Of a DNA stretch of 64,000 nt, positions 36,890 through 47,101 are shown piece after piece. The DNA comes from Patescibacteria group bacterium. Lineage in GTDB: Bacteria; Patescibacteriota; Minisyncoccia; Phycocordibacterales; Phycocordibacteraceae. The stretch is from the NCBI GenBank assembly GCA_018970425.1, contig JAGWWK010000001.1:144845-208844 (forward strand). The letters are read 5' to 3'. The position numbers and the translations under genes were made by a program. Every line of letters begins with the position of its first letter. Position 1 is the first letter of the stretch. The notes under the pieces were generated by a model that had not been told where the DNA came from, made no database searches, and saw nothing but the letters and a program-made list of their open reading frames with translations.

Positions 36890-37099
36890 ATGAGCGAATC
36901 GCGCATGGACGAGTGCCCACACGGACGCAGTCTGATGGGAGTAATTTTTGCGTTCGCAACGCTTACGCTTTCCTCTCTATTCGTCTACGTCGAGACTACC
37001 GACACGGACATCGGCCGCGCGCCGACATTCCTGCTTGTGTTTGGCACCCTGAGTAGCCTCCTCGCTACAGTAGCGTACGCACGCCCACTAGATCAGTAG
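36890..37099 (+). CDS. small two-TM membrane protein
   Basis: 69 aa. A GGAG Shine-Dalgarno 7 nt upstream of the ATG. A TTGACT hexamer lies about 55 bp upstream. Convergent 7-bp overlap with the rpoD stop. Confidence 0.4.
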   Translation: MSESRMDECPHGRSLMGVIFAFATLTLSSLFVYVETTDTDIGRAPTFLLVFGTLSSLLATVAYARPLDQ

Positions 37100-38379
37100 C
37101 TGCGCAGGCGTCGTGCCTTGCCGTGCGTGCGGATCTTGTCTAGCGCCTTGGCTTCAATCTGGCGAATGCGCTCGCGCGTAACACCGAACTCCTGACCGAC
37201 CTCCTCAAGCGTGTGGTACACACCGTCGGTAAGTCCGTGACGCATTTCAAGAATCTTACGCTCCTTCGGGGAGAGGTCGTCAAGTATCTGGTGCAACTGC
37301 TCGACCAAGATGCGGTGCGAGGTTTCCTGGTCTGGCGATGGCAGTGTGTGGTCAGCAACAAAGTCCCCACGCGCTGACGCATCATCATCAGACTCCGATG
37401 ACGAGATAGGCGCCTCGAGAGAAAGCGTTTCCTGGTTTATTTGCTCAATCTGGTAGATCTTTTCGGTTTCAACCCCCATCTCGGCCGCTACCTCCTCCGG
37501 CATCGGGTCACGCCCTAAATCTTGCTCAAGTCGTCGCACTACTTGCTTGTACTTCGCGATGGTCTCAACCATGTGAACCGGAATGCGGATGGTGCGGCTT
37601 TGGTCTGCAAGTGCGCGCGTGATTGCCTGACGGATCCACCATGTCGCGTAGGTAGAAAATTTAAATCCTTTCGTAAAGTCGAACTTATCTACGGCTCGAA
37701 ATAGGCCGATATTCCCTTCCTGAATAAGGTCGAGAAGAGTCAAGTCAGATGAGCGGTTCGCGTACTTCTTGGCGATCGAGACCACAAGGCGCAAGTTTGC
37801 TCGCGCAAGCAGGTTCTTTGCCTCGTCATCGCCAGAGGCGATGCGCTTCGCAAGATCGCGCTCTTCTTGCGCCGTAAGCAGGGGGTACTGCCCGATCTCG
37901 CGCAAGTACATTTGAATTGAGTCGTGCGCCGAACCTTCGCCACGGTATGAACCGCGCATGACAACCTCGTCCGGCACCTCCTCAAGCATGCCACCCGACT
38001 CGAGGACATCTACCCCCGCAGTCTGCAGACGATCATATAAACTTTCGAGAAACACAACATTTTCTTCAATGGTCGGAAAGTCTTTCAAAATTTCGTTGTA
38101 GGTAATGTAGCCGCGCGCCTTCCCGCGCTCTATAAGGGCAGCGGCGCGTGTCTCAAGCGCTTGCGCTTTCGGGGTGAGGCGCACTTCTTTCTTCCGCTCG
38201 CGGCCTTTCTGGAGAGCGCGCGGTTTTACCCTCGCCTTCTGTACTACCTTTTTTTTGCTTTTCAGTTTCTGCTTAGGCTTCGCCTTTGACTGCACGCGCG
38301 GACGCGTAGCGCCTCGCGACGCGGGGCGGGGCTTCTTTGCCTTAGGTCGAACGCGCGCTTTAGAGCGATTTTTAGCCAT
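37093..38379 (-). CDS. rpoD: RNA polymerase primary sigma factor (sigma-70 family) with lysine/arginine-rich N-terminal extension
   Basis: 428 aa. Regions 2-4 are canonical ([40 protein letters not shown]; [11 protein letters not shown]; region 4.2 [24 protein letters not shown]). The first ~90 aa are strongly basic, [24 protein letters not shown]...[13 protein letters not shown]. Confidence 0.9.
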   Translation of the reverse strand: MAKNRSKARVRPKAKKPRPASRGATRPRVQSKAKPKQKLKSKKKVVQKARVKPRALQKGRERKKEVRLTPKAQALETRAAALIERGKARGYITYNEILKDFPTIEENVVFLESLYDRLQTAGVDVLESGGMLEEVPDEVVMRGSYRGEGSAHDSIQMYLREIGQYPLLTAQEERDLAKRIASGDDEAKNLLARANLRLVVSIAKKYANRSSDLTLLDLIQEGNIGLFRAVDKFDFTKGFKFSTYATWWIRQAITRALADQSRTIRIPVHMVETIAKYKQVVRRLEQDLGRDPMPEEVAAEMGVETEKIYQIEQINQETLSLEAPISSSESDDDASARGDFVADHTLPSPDQETSHRILVEQLHQILDDLSPKERKILEMRHGLTDGVYHTLEEVGQEFGVTRERIRQIEAKALDKIRTHGKARRLRSY

Positions 38380-38395
38380 ATGGGTTAGTATGCCA

Positions 38396-40078
38396 CTATT
38401 TTAGCTTTTTAGTAAGTACCGCGAGTTCATCCATCACCCGACGAGCCGCTTCAGCATCGTGCGCTCGTTCTGCCTCTTTGAGAGCACGCAACGCGGCATC
38501 GTACTCTTTTTTGACGCTCTGACGCTCAGGCTCGCGTTCGCTCACCAACCGCGCAACGCGCTCAGCGACCGAACCATCTTCTTGCGTAAAAAAATGTTCA
38601 GACGCATACATCCGAGCTGTTTCAATAAACGCCTCACCCTGTGCGGCAAGCTCGCTCCATCGCTCCGCACCGAACTCAACGGCAAATGCGGTCTCTATCG
38701 CTCTAGCAGATGCAGGATCCGATTCAGCGATTGTTGCCGCGACTCCGAAGAGTACAAGCTCGCGCGCATGAGGACCGAGGAGCGGATCGGCGTTCGTAGC
38801 GTAAGCTTCCCCGCTCGCTCTACGCGCTAGACCTCGTCGAACCGACTCTTCACTGACGCCAAGAACCTCTGCCGCATGTTTTACAAAGTACTCTTGCTCC
38901 ATGGGACTTCGAACCGCGCTTATGAGGGGGAGTACTGTTGTTTCAGCTTTCAAGAGCCTCTCGCGCGGATCGCGAGCAAGTGCCGTTTCTGAAAGGAAAA
39001 AGGTAACTGCGGGAACTGCGTTTCGCACTGCGGCTTTAAGTCCCTGAGGATCCGTGCTCGCCATATCCGCAGGGTCTAGACCGTTCGGTAAAGCAAGAAC
39101 CTTCACATTCATGTGAGCCGCGAGGCAGAGCTGTGACGCACGGTACGCTGCCGCTTTTCCGGCACGGTCGCCGTCGTAGGCAATCAGTACGTTTGGACTG
39201 TGGCGCTTGAGTGCCTCTACGTGGTGCTCGGAGAGTGCGGTACCGCTCGAGGCGACCGCTGATCGGTAGCCAAGCTGGTGCATGAGTACTAAGTCAACCT
39301 GCCCCTCGACAAGCATACTGAAGCCAAGCGTTCGAATACCGGCTTTCGCGTCCTGCATCCCGTAGAGCGCGCGAGATTTATCAAACAGTGGCCCATCTGG
39401 CGAATTTAAATACTTTGCCTGAGGCTCCGCTTCATCTTCAAAAATCCTACCGGAAAATGCGATGACTCGTCCTGACGGATCAAATAATGGAAACATAATC
39501 CGACCGCGAAAGCGGTCATATACGCGGTCACTGCTTTGAGTGTCAGGGCGCTTCACAAGTCCAGCTTTCAAGAGAACCTCATCGGTAAATCCGCGCGCAA
39601 CAAGCGCGTCTCGCAGAAAGCGCCACTCCTTTGGCGCATACCCGACCCGCCAGTGCGCGATCGTACCCGGCTCGATGCCACGCCCTGCAAGGTACGTGCG
39701 AGGATCATCGCGCGTTTTGAGTTCATCCTCAAACAAGGTGCATGCCGCCTCAAGAGCCGCGTATAATTCCGCGCGCTCATCTCGTGACTCGCGCGGTGCG
39801 CGCTCAAGCTCTATGCCCGCTCGCTCAGCAAGAATAGTGAGCGCGCCCCGGAAGTCTACCCCCTCCATCTCGGAGACAAAGGTAAACATGTCTCCACCCT
39901 TCCCGGTCGAGAAGCAGTGATACAAGCCCTTGTCTGGTGAGACGAAGAACGATGGCGTTTTCTCCTTCGTAAATGGGGAGAGGCCCTTGAAGTACTTCCC
40001 TGCGCGGGTAAGTTTTACATACCCGCCGACTACATCGACGATTGAGAGTCGATCCTTGATGCGGTCAATGTCCGACAT
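38396..40078 (-). CDS. dnaG: DNA primase
   Basis: 560 aa. The N-terminal zinc-ribbon region aligns to the CHC2 finger but reads LSPFT...[14 protein letters not shown]-polymerase domain and TOPRIM ([14 protein letters not shown]) are present. 16 bp upstream of rpoD. Confidence 0.9.
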   Translation of the reverse strand: MSDIDRIKDRLSIVDVVGGYVKLTRAGKYFKGLSPFTKEKTPSFFVSPDKGLYHCFSTGKGGDMFTFVSEMEGVDFRGALTILAERAGIELERAPRESRDERAELYAALEAACTLFEDELKTRDDPRTYLAGRGIEPGTIAHWRVGYAPKEWRFLRDALVARGFTDEVLLKAGLVKRPDTQSSDRVYDRFRGRIMFPLFDPSGRVIAFSGRIFEDEAEPQAKYLNSPDGPLFDKSRALYGMQDAKAGIRTLGFSMLVEGQVDLVLMHQLGYRSAVASSGTALSEHHVEALKRHSPNVLIAYDGDRAGKAAAYRASQLCLAAHMNVKVLALPNGLDPADMASTDPQGLKAAVRNAVPAVTFFLSETALARDPRERLLKAETTVLPLISAVRSPMEQEYFVKHAAEVLGVSEESVRRGLARRASGEAYATNADPLLGPHARELVLFGVAATIAESDPASARAIETAFAVEFGAERWSELAAQGEAFIETARMYASEHFFTQEDGSVAERVARLVSEREPERQSVKKEYDAALRALKEAERAHDAEAARRVMDELAVLTKKLK

Positions 40079-43000
40079 CTACGCGATATCTCGGGCGCGT
40101 TCAGCTTCACTTTCGTACGCTGCCGCGCGCTCAGCATCGCGGCGAGCACGGTCATCTTGGAACTCGCGGATCATTTTGTTCTTCTCGCTGCCGGCGTACC
40201 CTGTACCTGCCGGTATTGAGCGGCCAATAATCACGTTTTCTTTAAGTCCCTTAAGCGTGTCGACAGAGCCGCGCATCGCCGCAGTAATGAGCGTTCGTGT
40301 GGTGTGCTGGAATGATGCCGCAGAGAGGAACGACTTACGGTTCAGTGACACTTCGGTAATACCGAGGACGAGCTGTTCGTAGGTTGCTGGTTCGCGACCT
40401 GCCTCCTCGCACTGCCGGTTAGACGCGAGTAGGTGCGCAAGCTCGACGATGTCATTCTTTACAAACCCAGTATCACCCGCGACCTTAATGCGTGCGCGCG
40501 AGAACATCTGACGAATGATAACCTCCATGTGCTTGTGCGAGACAGAGGCGCCCTGTAGGTCGTAAATTTTTGAGACTTCGTCAATCATGTACTCCTGGAG
40601 TCGTGATGCTCCCGCGAGTTCAAAGAGCTCATCGAGGTTTGCCGAGCCGTCTGTGAGCGCTTGCCCGCGAACAACTTTTGCTCCTGCTTTTACGATAGCA
40701 ACGCGTCGCGCCGGTACTGGGTACTCAACACGGTCTCGCGTCTTTGATGCACCTTCCGAGCCCACATCAGGCAGAATCACGATAGTCTTAACGCCTGCCT
40801 CTTCACGTACCTCAATAACCTCACCGGTAACTGCGGACAACATGGCAGTGCCCTTCGGCGGACGCTTGTCGAAGATTTCCTCAACGCGCGGCAAGCCGTG
40901 CGTAATGTCGCCACCCACAGTTGCCGAACCTCCCGCGTGGAAGGTACGCATCGTGAGCTGCGTGCCCGGCTCCCCGATCGCCTGTGCGGCAATGGTACCG
41001 ATTGCCTCTCCGAGGTCAATCATATGCCGAGTTGCGAGGTCTGAGCCATAGCAGGCCTGGCAGATACCGCCCTGCGTCTCGCACGACATTGGCGAGCGAA
41101 CGTCGACTTCCGAAATCTGTGCCGCTGCGATTATGCGCGCGTCATCAGTCGAGAGGAGCGTTCCGCGCTTTAGCGTGCGTCCATCTACCTCAACTGCTTT
41201 GAGGAGTACGCGCCCCGCGATCAGTTTAGCGAGATCCGCCTCCATACCAGTTGAGCGGAGCTTGTGGATAGTGATACCTTTCTTTGTCCCGCAATCAGCC
41301 TCGGTGATGATAAGATCCTGCGCAACATCGAAGAGTCGGCGCGTCAGATACCCTGCAGCAGCGGTCTTCAATGCTGTGTCTGAGAGGCCTTTGCGCGCAC
41401 CGTGCGTAGTGGTGAAGTACTCAATCGGCGTCATGCCTTCCTTCATGGATGAGATGACGGGGAACTCAATAACCTCACCTCTCGTGTTCTGCATGAGGCC
41501 TTTCATACCAATCATTTCGGTCACGTTTCCGGCTGAACCTCGCGCTCCAGAGACTACCATCGTTGAGATGGATGAGCGCGGATCAAGCGACGCCATGGTG
41601 TACTTCTCAAGCTGTCCTTTAGCGTTCTGCCAGATCTCTATGATGAGACGCTTCTTCTCTTCAGCTGTCAGGAGACCATTAGCATATTCTTCTTGGATGC
41701 GGTGCGCCTCCTGTTGTGCCGCGGCGATAATGCCTTCCTTTTCTTTCGGAACGCGAACATCGTGCGCCGAGAATGATACTCCCGACTTAGTCGCGAAGGT
41801 AAATCCGAACTCCTTAATGCGGTCCAAGATCGGCGGTACGCGGTCAAGGCCGTACACGCGGATCATGTCTTCAACAATCTTTGAGAGGGATCCTTTCTTA
41901 ACCTCTTCATTGATGTACGGATAGTCAGCAGGGAGAATTGAGTTGAAGAGGAGTCGTCCGACCGTGGTCTCAAAGCGCTCACCATTCATCGCGGCATACT
42001 TTGCCTTGCCTGGTGTCGGAAGAACAGAGACTTTAGCCTGGAGCGAAACATCACCGAAGTCGTACGAGAGAATCGCGGCGTTCGGCGATGAGAAATATTT
42101 CCCCTCTCCTGGTGCGCCGGCAATAAGTCGAGTCATCCAGAAGATGCCGAGCGTAATGTCCTTGTCGACTGATACGACTGGAAGACCGCTACCAGGCTTC
42201 AAGACGTTCTTATTAGCGGAGAGAATGTGCTCTGCCTCAAGCTGTGCTTCGTCAGAAAGTGGTACGTGGACCGCCATCTGGTCACCGTCGAAGTCGGCGT
42301 TAAATGCCTGACAGACGAGCGGATGAAGCTGGATAGCGTTGCCCTCAATAAGTACCGGTCTGAATGCCTGAATACCCTGGCGGTGCAGAGTCGGAGCGCG
42401 GTTCAAGAGTACGTGGCGGCCTGAAATAACCTCTTCAAGAATTGCCCATACTTCAGGAATACCTTCTTCAACCAAGCGCCCGGCGCCGCGGATGTTGAAC
42501 GCCAGCTCGCGCTCAATGAGCTTCGAGATAATAAACGGACGGAATAATTCAAGTGCCATATGCTTTGGCAGACCGCACTGATCAAGTTCAAGGTCAGGAC
42601 CTACGACAATCACTGAGCGTCCCGAGTAGTCGACGCGCTTGCCGAGAAGGTTAAAGCGGAAGTATCCCTGCTTTGCCTTCAGGTAGTCAGCGAGTGACTT
42701 GAGCGGTCGCTTAGTTTGTGCGGACTGGGCGCCTGCGGCCTGGCCACGGCGGATCGAGTTGTCGATGAGCGCGTCGACTGCTTCTTGCAGAATGCGCTTT
42801 TCATTTCTGAGAATCACTTCAGGCGCGCGAATGTCGCGGAGTTTCTGCAGGCGGTTGTTGCGGTTAATGACGCGGCGGTAGAGGTCGTTGACGTCTGACG
42901 TCGCGTGACGACCTGACTCAAGCGCGACCATCGGGCGCAGTGCTGGCGGCGTAACGGGAATACGCGTAAGGAACATCCATTCCGGCCGAATGCCGGCTTG

Positions 43001-43789
43001 AATCATGCTTTTGATGAGCGAGAGTCGCTTGGATACCTTTTCGCGATCAGAACCCTCCTCGAGCTCTTTCTCAAGCTCTTTCGCGAGTGCTTCGAGGTTG
43101 AGAGACTTAAATATTGAGTAGATTGCCTCAGCACCGATGCCTGCCTCAAAGAATGTGCCGTACTTCACCGTAAAGCGGTGGTACTCAAGTTCATCAAGGA
43201 CAACGCCCGGCCTGATACGCTCAACATCTGCTTTCGCGGCGGTCAGAAGCGCTTTTAGTTCAGTGACCGCTTTTTCATTCGTCAATGCTTTTGACTTCGC
43301 GCGGAACTCTGCATCGAGGTCGTCAAGGATGCGCTGCTTTTCGTCCGCAACGATCTTGGTCACAATGTAGCCGGCGAAGTAAATCACCTTTTCAGCGTCG
43401 AGCGCAGAGATACCCAGGACCAATGCTATTCGGCTCGGTACTGAGCGAAGGAACCAGATGTGCGCCACCGGAGACGAAAGCTCAATGTGACCCATGCGCT
43501 CACGGCGCACGATTGCACGCGTAACCTCAACGCTACACTTCTCGCAGACGATTCCGCGGAATCGCGGACCTTTGTACTTTCCGCAGTAGCACTCGTAATC
43601 CTTTTCAGGACCGAACACCGCCTCATCAAAGAGGCCGTTTTTCTCCGCGCGCTGCGTGCGATAGTTAATGGTCTCGGGCTTTCTAACCTCGCCCCACGAC
43701 CACTCTAAAATCTTTTCCGGACTTGCGACTTTGAGTCCGATCCAGTCGAACTGTGTCGTATCCGCTACCTTGCCTCTTTTTTGATCCAT
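40079..43789 (-). CDS. rpoC: DNA-directed RNA polymerase subunit beta'
   Basis: 1236 aa. Catalytic NADFDGDQMAVHVP, N-terminal zinc-binding cysteines, trigger loop and bridge helix. The stop abuts the dnaG start codon with 0-bp spacing. Confidence 0.95.
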   Translation of the reverse strand: MDQKRGKVADTTQFDWIGLKVASPEKILEWSWGEVRKPETINYRTQRAEKNGLFDEAVFGPEKDYECYCGKYKGPRFRGIVCEKCSVEVTRAIVRRERMGHIELSSPVAHIWFLRSVPSRIALVLGISALDAEKVIYFAGYIVTKIVADEKQRILDDLDAEFRAKSKALTNEKAVTELKALLTAAKADVERIRPGVVLDELEYHRFTVKYGTFFEAGIGAEAIYSIFKSLNLEALAKELEKELEEGSDREKVSKRLSLIKSMIQAGIRPEWMFLTRIPVTPPALRPMVALESGRHATSDVNDLYRRVINRNNRLQKLRDIRAPEVILRNEKRILQEAVDALIDNSIRRGQAAGAQSAQTKRPLKSLADYLKAKQGYFRFNLLGKRVDYSGRSVIVVGPDLELDQCGLPKHMALELFRPFIISKLIERELAFNIRGAGRLVEEGIPEVWAILEEVISGRHVLLNRAPTLHRQGIQAFRPVLIEGNAIQLHPLVCQAFNADFDGDQMAVHVPLSDEAQLEAEHILSANKNVLKPGSGLPVVSVDKDITLGIFWMTRLIAGAPGEGKYFSSPNAAILSYDFGDVSLQAKVSVLPTPGKAKYAAMNGERFETTVGRLLFNSILPADYPYINEEVKKGSLSKIVEDMIRVYGLDRVPPILDRIKEFGFTFATKSGVSFSAHDVRVPKEKEGIIAAAQQEAHRIQEEYANGLLTAEEKKRLIIEIWQNAKGQLEKYTMASLDPRSSISTMVVSGARGSAGNVTEMIGMKGLMQNTRGEVIEFPVISSMKEGMTPIEYFTTTHGARKGLSDTALKTAAAGYLTRRLFDVAQDLIITEADCGTKKGITIHKLRSTGMEADLAKLIAGRVLLKAVEVDGRTLKRGTLLSTDDARIIAAAQISEVDVRSPMSCETQGGICQACYGSDLATRHMIDLGEAIGTIAAQAIGEPGTQLTMRTFHAGGSATVGGDITHGLPRVEEIFDKRPPKGTAMLSAVTGEVIEVREEAGVKTIVILPDVGSEGASKTRDRVEYPVPARRVAIVKAGAKVVRGQALTDGSANLDELFELAGASRLQEYMIDEVSKIYDLQGASVSHKHMEVIIRQMFSRARIKVAGDTGFVKNDIVELAHLLASNRQCEEAGREPATYEQLVLGITEVSLNRKSFLSAASFQHTTRTLITAAMRGSVDTLKGLKENVIIGRSIPAGTGYAGSEKNKMIREFQDDRARRDAERAAAYESEAERARDIA

Positions 43790-43804
43790 AGGTGTGGGAT
43801 AAGG

Positions 43805-46800
43805 TTATGTAATTTTGTCTTCAGTCGGTCGACCCTTGCCGAGGACTACGTCTAGCGCAAGACCTCGCAGGTGGTTAACAAGCACGTTGAATGCCGCAGG
43901 CGTGTGCATGTCGCCTATAGCTCGGCCTTTCACGATAGCGTCAAAGGCTGCGGATCGCCCCTGAATGTCGTCGGACTTAATCGTGAGCATTTCTCGCAGG
44001 ATGTGTGATGCGCCGTAGCCGAGGAGTGCCCAGACCTCCATCTCTCCAAAGCGTTGACCGCCGTTTTGCGCCTTACCGCCAAGAGGCTGCTGCGTAATCA
44101 GCGAGTATGGCCCAATCGAGCGCATGTGTATCTTGTCTTCCACCATGTGGTGAAGTTTGAGCACGTACATGTATCCGACCGCAACATCCTGAGCAAATTT
44201 TTCACCGGTGCGTCCGTCATAGAGCGGCATCGTACCCGACTCGTTATAGCCCGCGCGCACAAGCTCCTCGCGGATTTCCGTATCTGTCGCGCCCGCAAAT
44301 GGCGGCACGATTGCCTGGTACCCCAAGGTATGCGCCGCGAGACCGAGGTGCATTTCAAGAATCTGACCGAGGTTCATGCGGCTCGGCACACCGAGCGGCG
44401 TAAGAATGATGTCTACGGGCTCGCCGTCTTCCGTGTACGGCATGTCCTCAACCGGCAACACGCGGGAAATAACGCCCTTGTTACCGTGGCGGCCCGCGAG
44501 CTTGTCGCCCACTGAGACGGAGCGGAGCTGCGCGACCGTAATGAATATTTTCTTTATAGTACCGCTCTCAAGCGAGTCACCGTTTTCGCGCGAGAATACC
44601 TTGACTCCAATCACGCGACCGCGCTTTCCGGAGTCCATGCGAAGCGATGTATCTTTCACATCCTTCGCCTTGTCGCCGAAAATCGATCGGAGGAGGCGTT
44701 CTTCCGGCGAGAGCTGTGTTTCACCTTTCGGCGTCACCTTACCAACGAGTATGTCGCCCGGTCGAACCTCTGCGCCGACGCGGATCACACCCTCTTCATC
44801 AAGGTTGCGGAGCTTCGTCTCAGATACGTTCGGAATGTCAGGTGTCGTTACCTCTGGCCCGAGCTTCGTATCGCGCACAGAGCACTCAAATTCTTCAATG
44901 TGAATGGTGCTGAACTTAGAGTCGCGTACGAGGCGCTCTGAAATGATGATGGCGTCTTCGTAGTTGTAACCCGACCAGGAGAGGAACGCGACACGCACAT
45001 TGTGTCCGAGCGCGATCTGTCCATTGACGGTCGAAGAGGTGTCCGCAAGAAGATCGCCGCGCTTCACTTTCTGATTGAGCTGTACCGCCGGTCGGTGGTA
45101 GAAGGCTGAGAACTCATTCGTCATCGAGAACGGCTGGAGTGTGTAGGCATGCTTCTTGCCATCCGCGTTCGTCACAACTATTTTTGACGCGTCTACAGCC
45201 GTCACACTGCCGGCCTCAGTCGCATAAATAAGACGGCCGGTGTCGCGAGCAGCAAGCTCTTCAACGCCAGTTGCAACGATCGGTGCCTCCGCGGCAACGC
45301 ACGGCGTTGCCTGCTTCTGCATGTTCGAACCCATGAGCGCGCGGTGCGCCGCATCGTTTTCCACAAACGGCACCATCGACGTAGCGACCGAGAACATCTG
45401 GTTGGTCGCGACATCCATGAGCTCAATCTCGTCGCGCGGAACAAGTACCGGTTCGCCCTGGTGACGCGCCTCAACAAACTCATCAAGGAGTGCGCCATTT
45501 TCACCCATTGGCACGGTTGCGTGCGCGATCGTAAAGGACTCTTCCTCAAACGCGTTCAAGTAGACCAAGTCATTCGAGACAATACCTTTAGAAACTTTGG
45601 CATACGGAGTTTCTATGATGCCGAAGTCATTGATGCGCGCGTACGATGCAAGGCGGAGAATGAGTCCGATGTTCGGACCTTCCGGTGTCTGAATTGGGCA
45701 CAGGCGTCCGTAGTGCGAGGTGTGCACGTCACGAACCTCAAAGCCTGCGCGCTCGCGTGTCAGTCCGCCTGGGCCAAGTGCTGAAAGTGTACGCAAGCTT
45801 TCGAGCTCTTCAAGAATGTTCTGCTGCTGCGCAAGCTGTGACAGCTGGTTCGCGGTGAAAAATTCTTTCACTGCCGCTGCAAACGGCCGCGGATTAATGA
45901 GCTGCGTCGGGAGCGTGGTCTCAACATCAATTGTCGACATCTTGTCTTGGATGTTGCGCTTCATGCGCGACAAGCCAACGCGTACACGCGCCTCAAGAAG
46001 CTCGCCAATCTGGCGCACGCGGCGGAACCCTAGGTGATCAATGTCGTCTGGCTTTCCATCGGGATCCTGGTTGAGCGCAAGAATGTTGCCTACAATCTTA
46101 ACGAGGTCGTCAAGATTTAGCGTGTGCCGAGCGAGCGAGTCCTTGTCCATCGGCAATTTGAAACGCTGGTTAAAGCGGTGCCGGCCCGGGTATGAGAGAT
46201 CATAGCGCTCTGCTGACAGAAGCCCTTCCACGTACTCGCGCGCAGTGTCTGGAGTAGCAAGGTCGCCATCTCGCTGGCGGCGATAGATTTCTATGCAGGC
46301 CTGCTCTGGCGTCTTTGCAACATCTTTGTCGAGCGTTGCCTGTAGAACCGCCTTGCCTCCCGGTATGTTCTCAAACAGGGTCAGCATGTCGCGATCAAAG
46401 GATGCGCCAAGTACGCGCAAAAGCATCGTGATCGGGAACTTGCGCTTTCGGTCAATCTTTACATACAGCGGACCTGTTGGGTCAGACTCGATTTCAATCC
46501 ACGCACCGCGTGCAGGGATAATCTTCGCCCCGAAAAAGAGGCGCCCCTTGGCCTCCTCAGCGGTGAAGAATACTCCGAAACTGCGCGCAAGCTGCGGGAC
46601 GACGATGCGCTCCACGCCGTTAATGATGAACGTGCCGTGGTCGGTCATGATAGGCATATCCGCAAGGAAGATCGACTGATCCTTCTTGGTGCCGAGGCCT
46701 TTGTTAGACAGGCGTACTGTCGCCTTAAGCGGCGCGTCAAATGTCTGCTTACTTCTCTTTGCCCCATACTCGTCAATCTTTGGCTCACCGAGCTCAAAGG

Positions 46801-47011
46801 AAACGAATTCCATCTCGAACTTCTTTTTTGAGTAGTCGAGAATGGGCGAAAACTCTTTAAAAAGATCAGCAAGGCCGGTCGTGACAAATGTCCGGAACGA
46901 TGCGACTTGCGGCGCGATGAGGTCAGGCATCGGGACGCGTGGTTCTCGGTATCGAGAGAACCGCTTTTGGGGCAGTTTCGCCATAGGCAGATGCGAGTAT
47001 GCGCGAAACAC
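43805..47011 (-). CDS. rpoB: DNA-directed RNA polymerase subunit beta
   Basis: 1068 aa in the ORF track (GTG at 47011). The more likely start is the ATG at 46984 (MAKLPQKRFSRYREP). Conserved GDKLAGRHGNKGVIS and rifampicin-cluster region. Short for a bacterial beta subunit. Confidence 0.95.
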   Translation of the reverse strand: MFRAYSHLPMAKLPQKRFSRYREPRVPMPDLIAPQVASFRTFVTTGLADLFKEFSPILDYSKKKFEMEFVSFELGEPKIDEYGAKRSKQTFDAPLKATVRLSNKGLGTKKDQSIFLADMPIMTDHGTFIINGVERIVVPQLARSFGVFFTAEEAKGRLFFGAKIIPARGAWIEIESDPTGPLYVKIDRKRKFPITMLLRVLGASFDRDMLTLFENIPGGKAVLQATLDKDVAKTPEQACIEIYRRQRDGDLATPDTAREYVEGLLSAERYDLSYPGRHRFNQRFKLPMDKDSLARHTLNLDDLVKIVGNILALNQDPDGKPDDIDHLGFRRVRQIGELLEARVRVGLSRMKRNIQDKMSTIDVETTLPTQLINPRPFAAAVKEFFTANQLSQLAQQQNILEELESLRTLSALGPGGLTRERAGFEVRDVHTSHYGRLCPIQTPEGPNIGLILRLASYARINDFGIIETPYAKVSKGIVSNDLVYLNAFEEESFTIAHATVPMGENGALLDEFVEARHQGEPVLVPRDEIELMDVATNQMFSVATSMVPFVENDAAHRALMGSNMQKQATPCVAAEAPIVATGVEELAARDTGRLIYATEAGSVTAVDASKIVVTNADGKKHAYTLQPFSMTNEFSAFYHRPAVQLNQKVKRGDLLADTSSTVNGQIALGHNVRVAFLSWSGYNYEDAIIISERLVRDSKFSTIHIEEFECSVRDTKLGPEVTTPDIPNVSETKLRNLDEEGVIRVGAEVRPGDILVGKVTPKGETQLSPEERLLRSIFGDKAKDVKDTSLRMDSGKRGRVIGVKVFSRENGDSLESGTIKKIFITVAQLRSVSVGDKLAGRHGNKGVISRVLPVEDMPYTEDGEPVDIILTPLGVPSRMNLGQILEMHLGLAAHTLGYQAIVPPFAGATDTEIREELVRAGYNESGTMPLYDGRTGEKFAQDVAVGYMYVLKLHHMVEDKIHMRSIGPYSLITQQPLGGKAQNGGQRFGEMEVWALLGYGASHILREMLTIKSDDIQGRSAAFDAIVKGRAIGDMHTPAAFNVLVNHLRGLALDVVLGKGRPTEDKIT

Positions 47012-47101
47012 GCAAAAAAGCGCGTTTCGCTTTTCTCGAACGTTATGGAATTAAACTATCTAAAACCACCAAGGACTTAACTCATTCAAAAAGTGGTATC
47101 T

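Noticed and set aside
40587-46679. Many 60-260-aa ORFs inside rpoB and rpoC on both strands (for example 41133..41924, 44376..44903)
   Set aside because: They are embedded in RNA polymerase genes in other frames or on the other strand, with no independent support.
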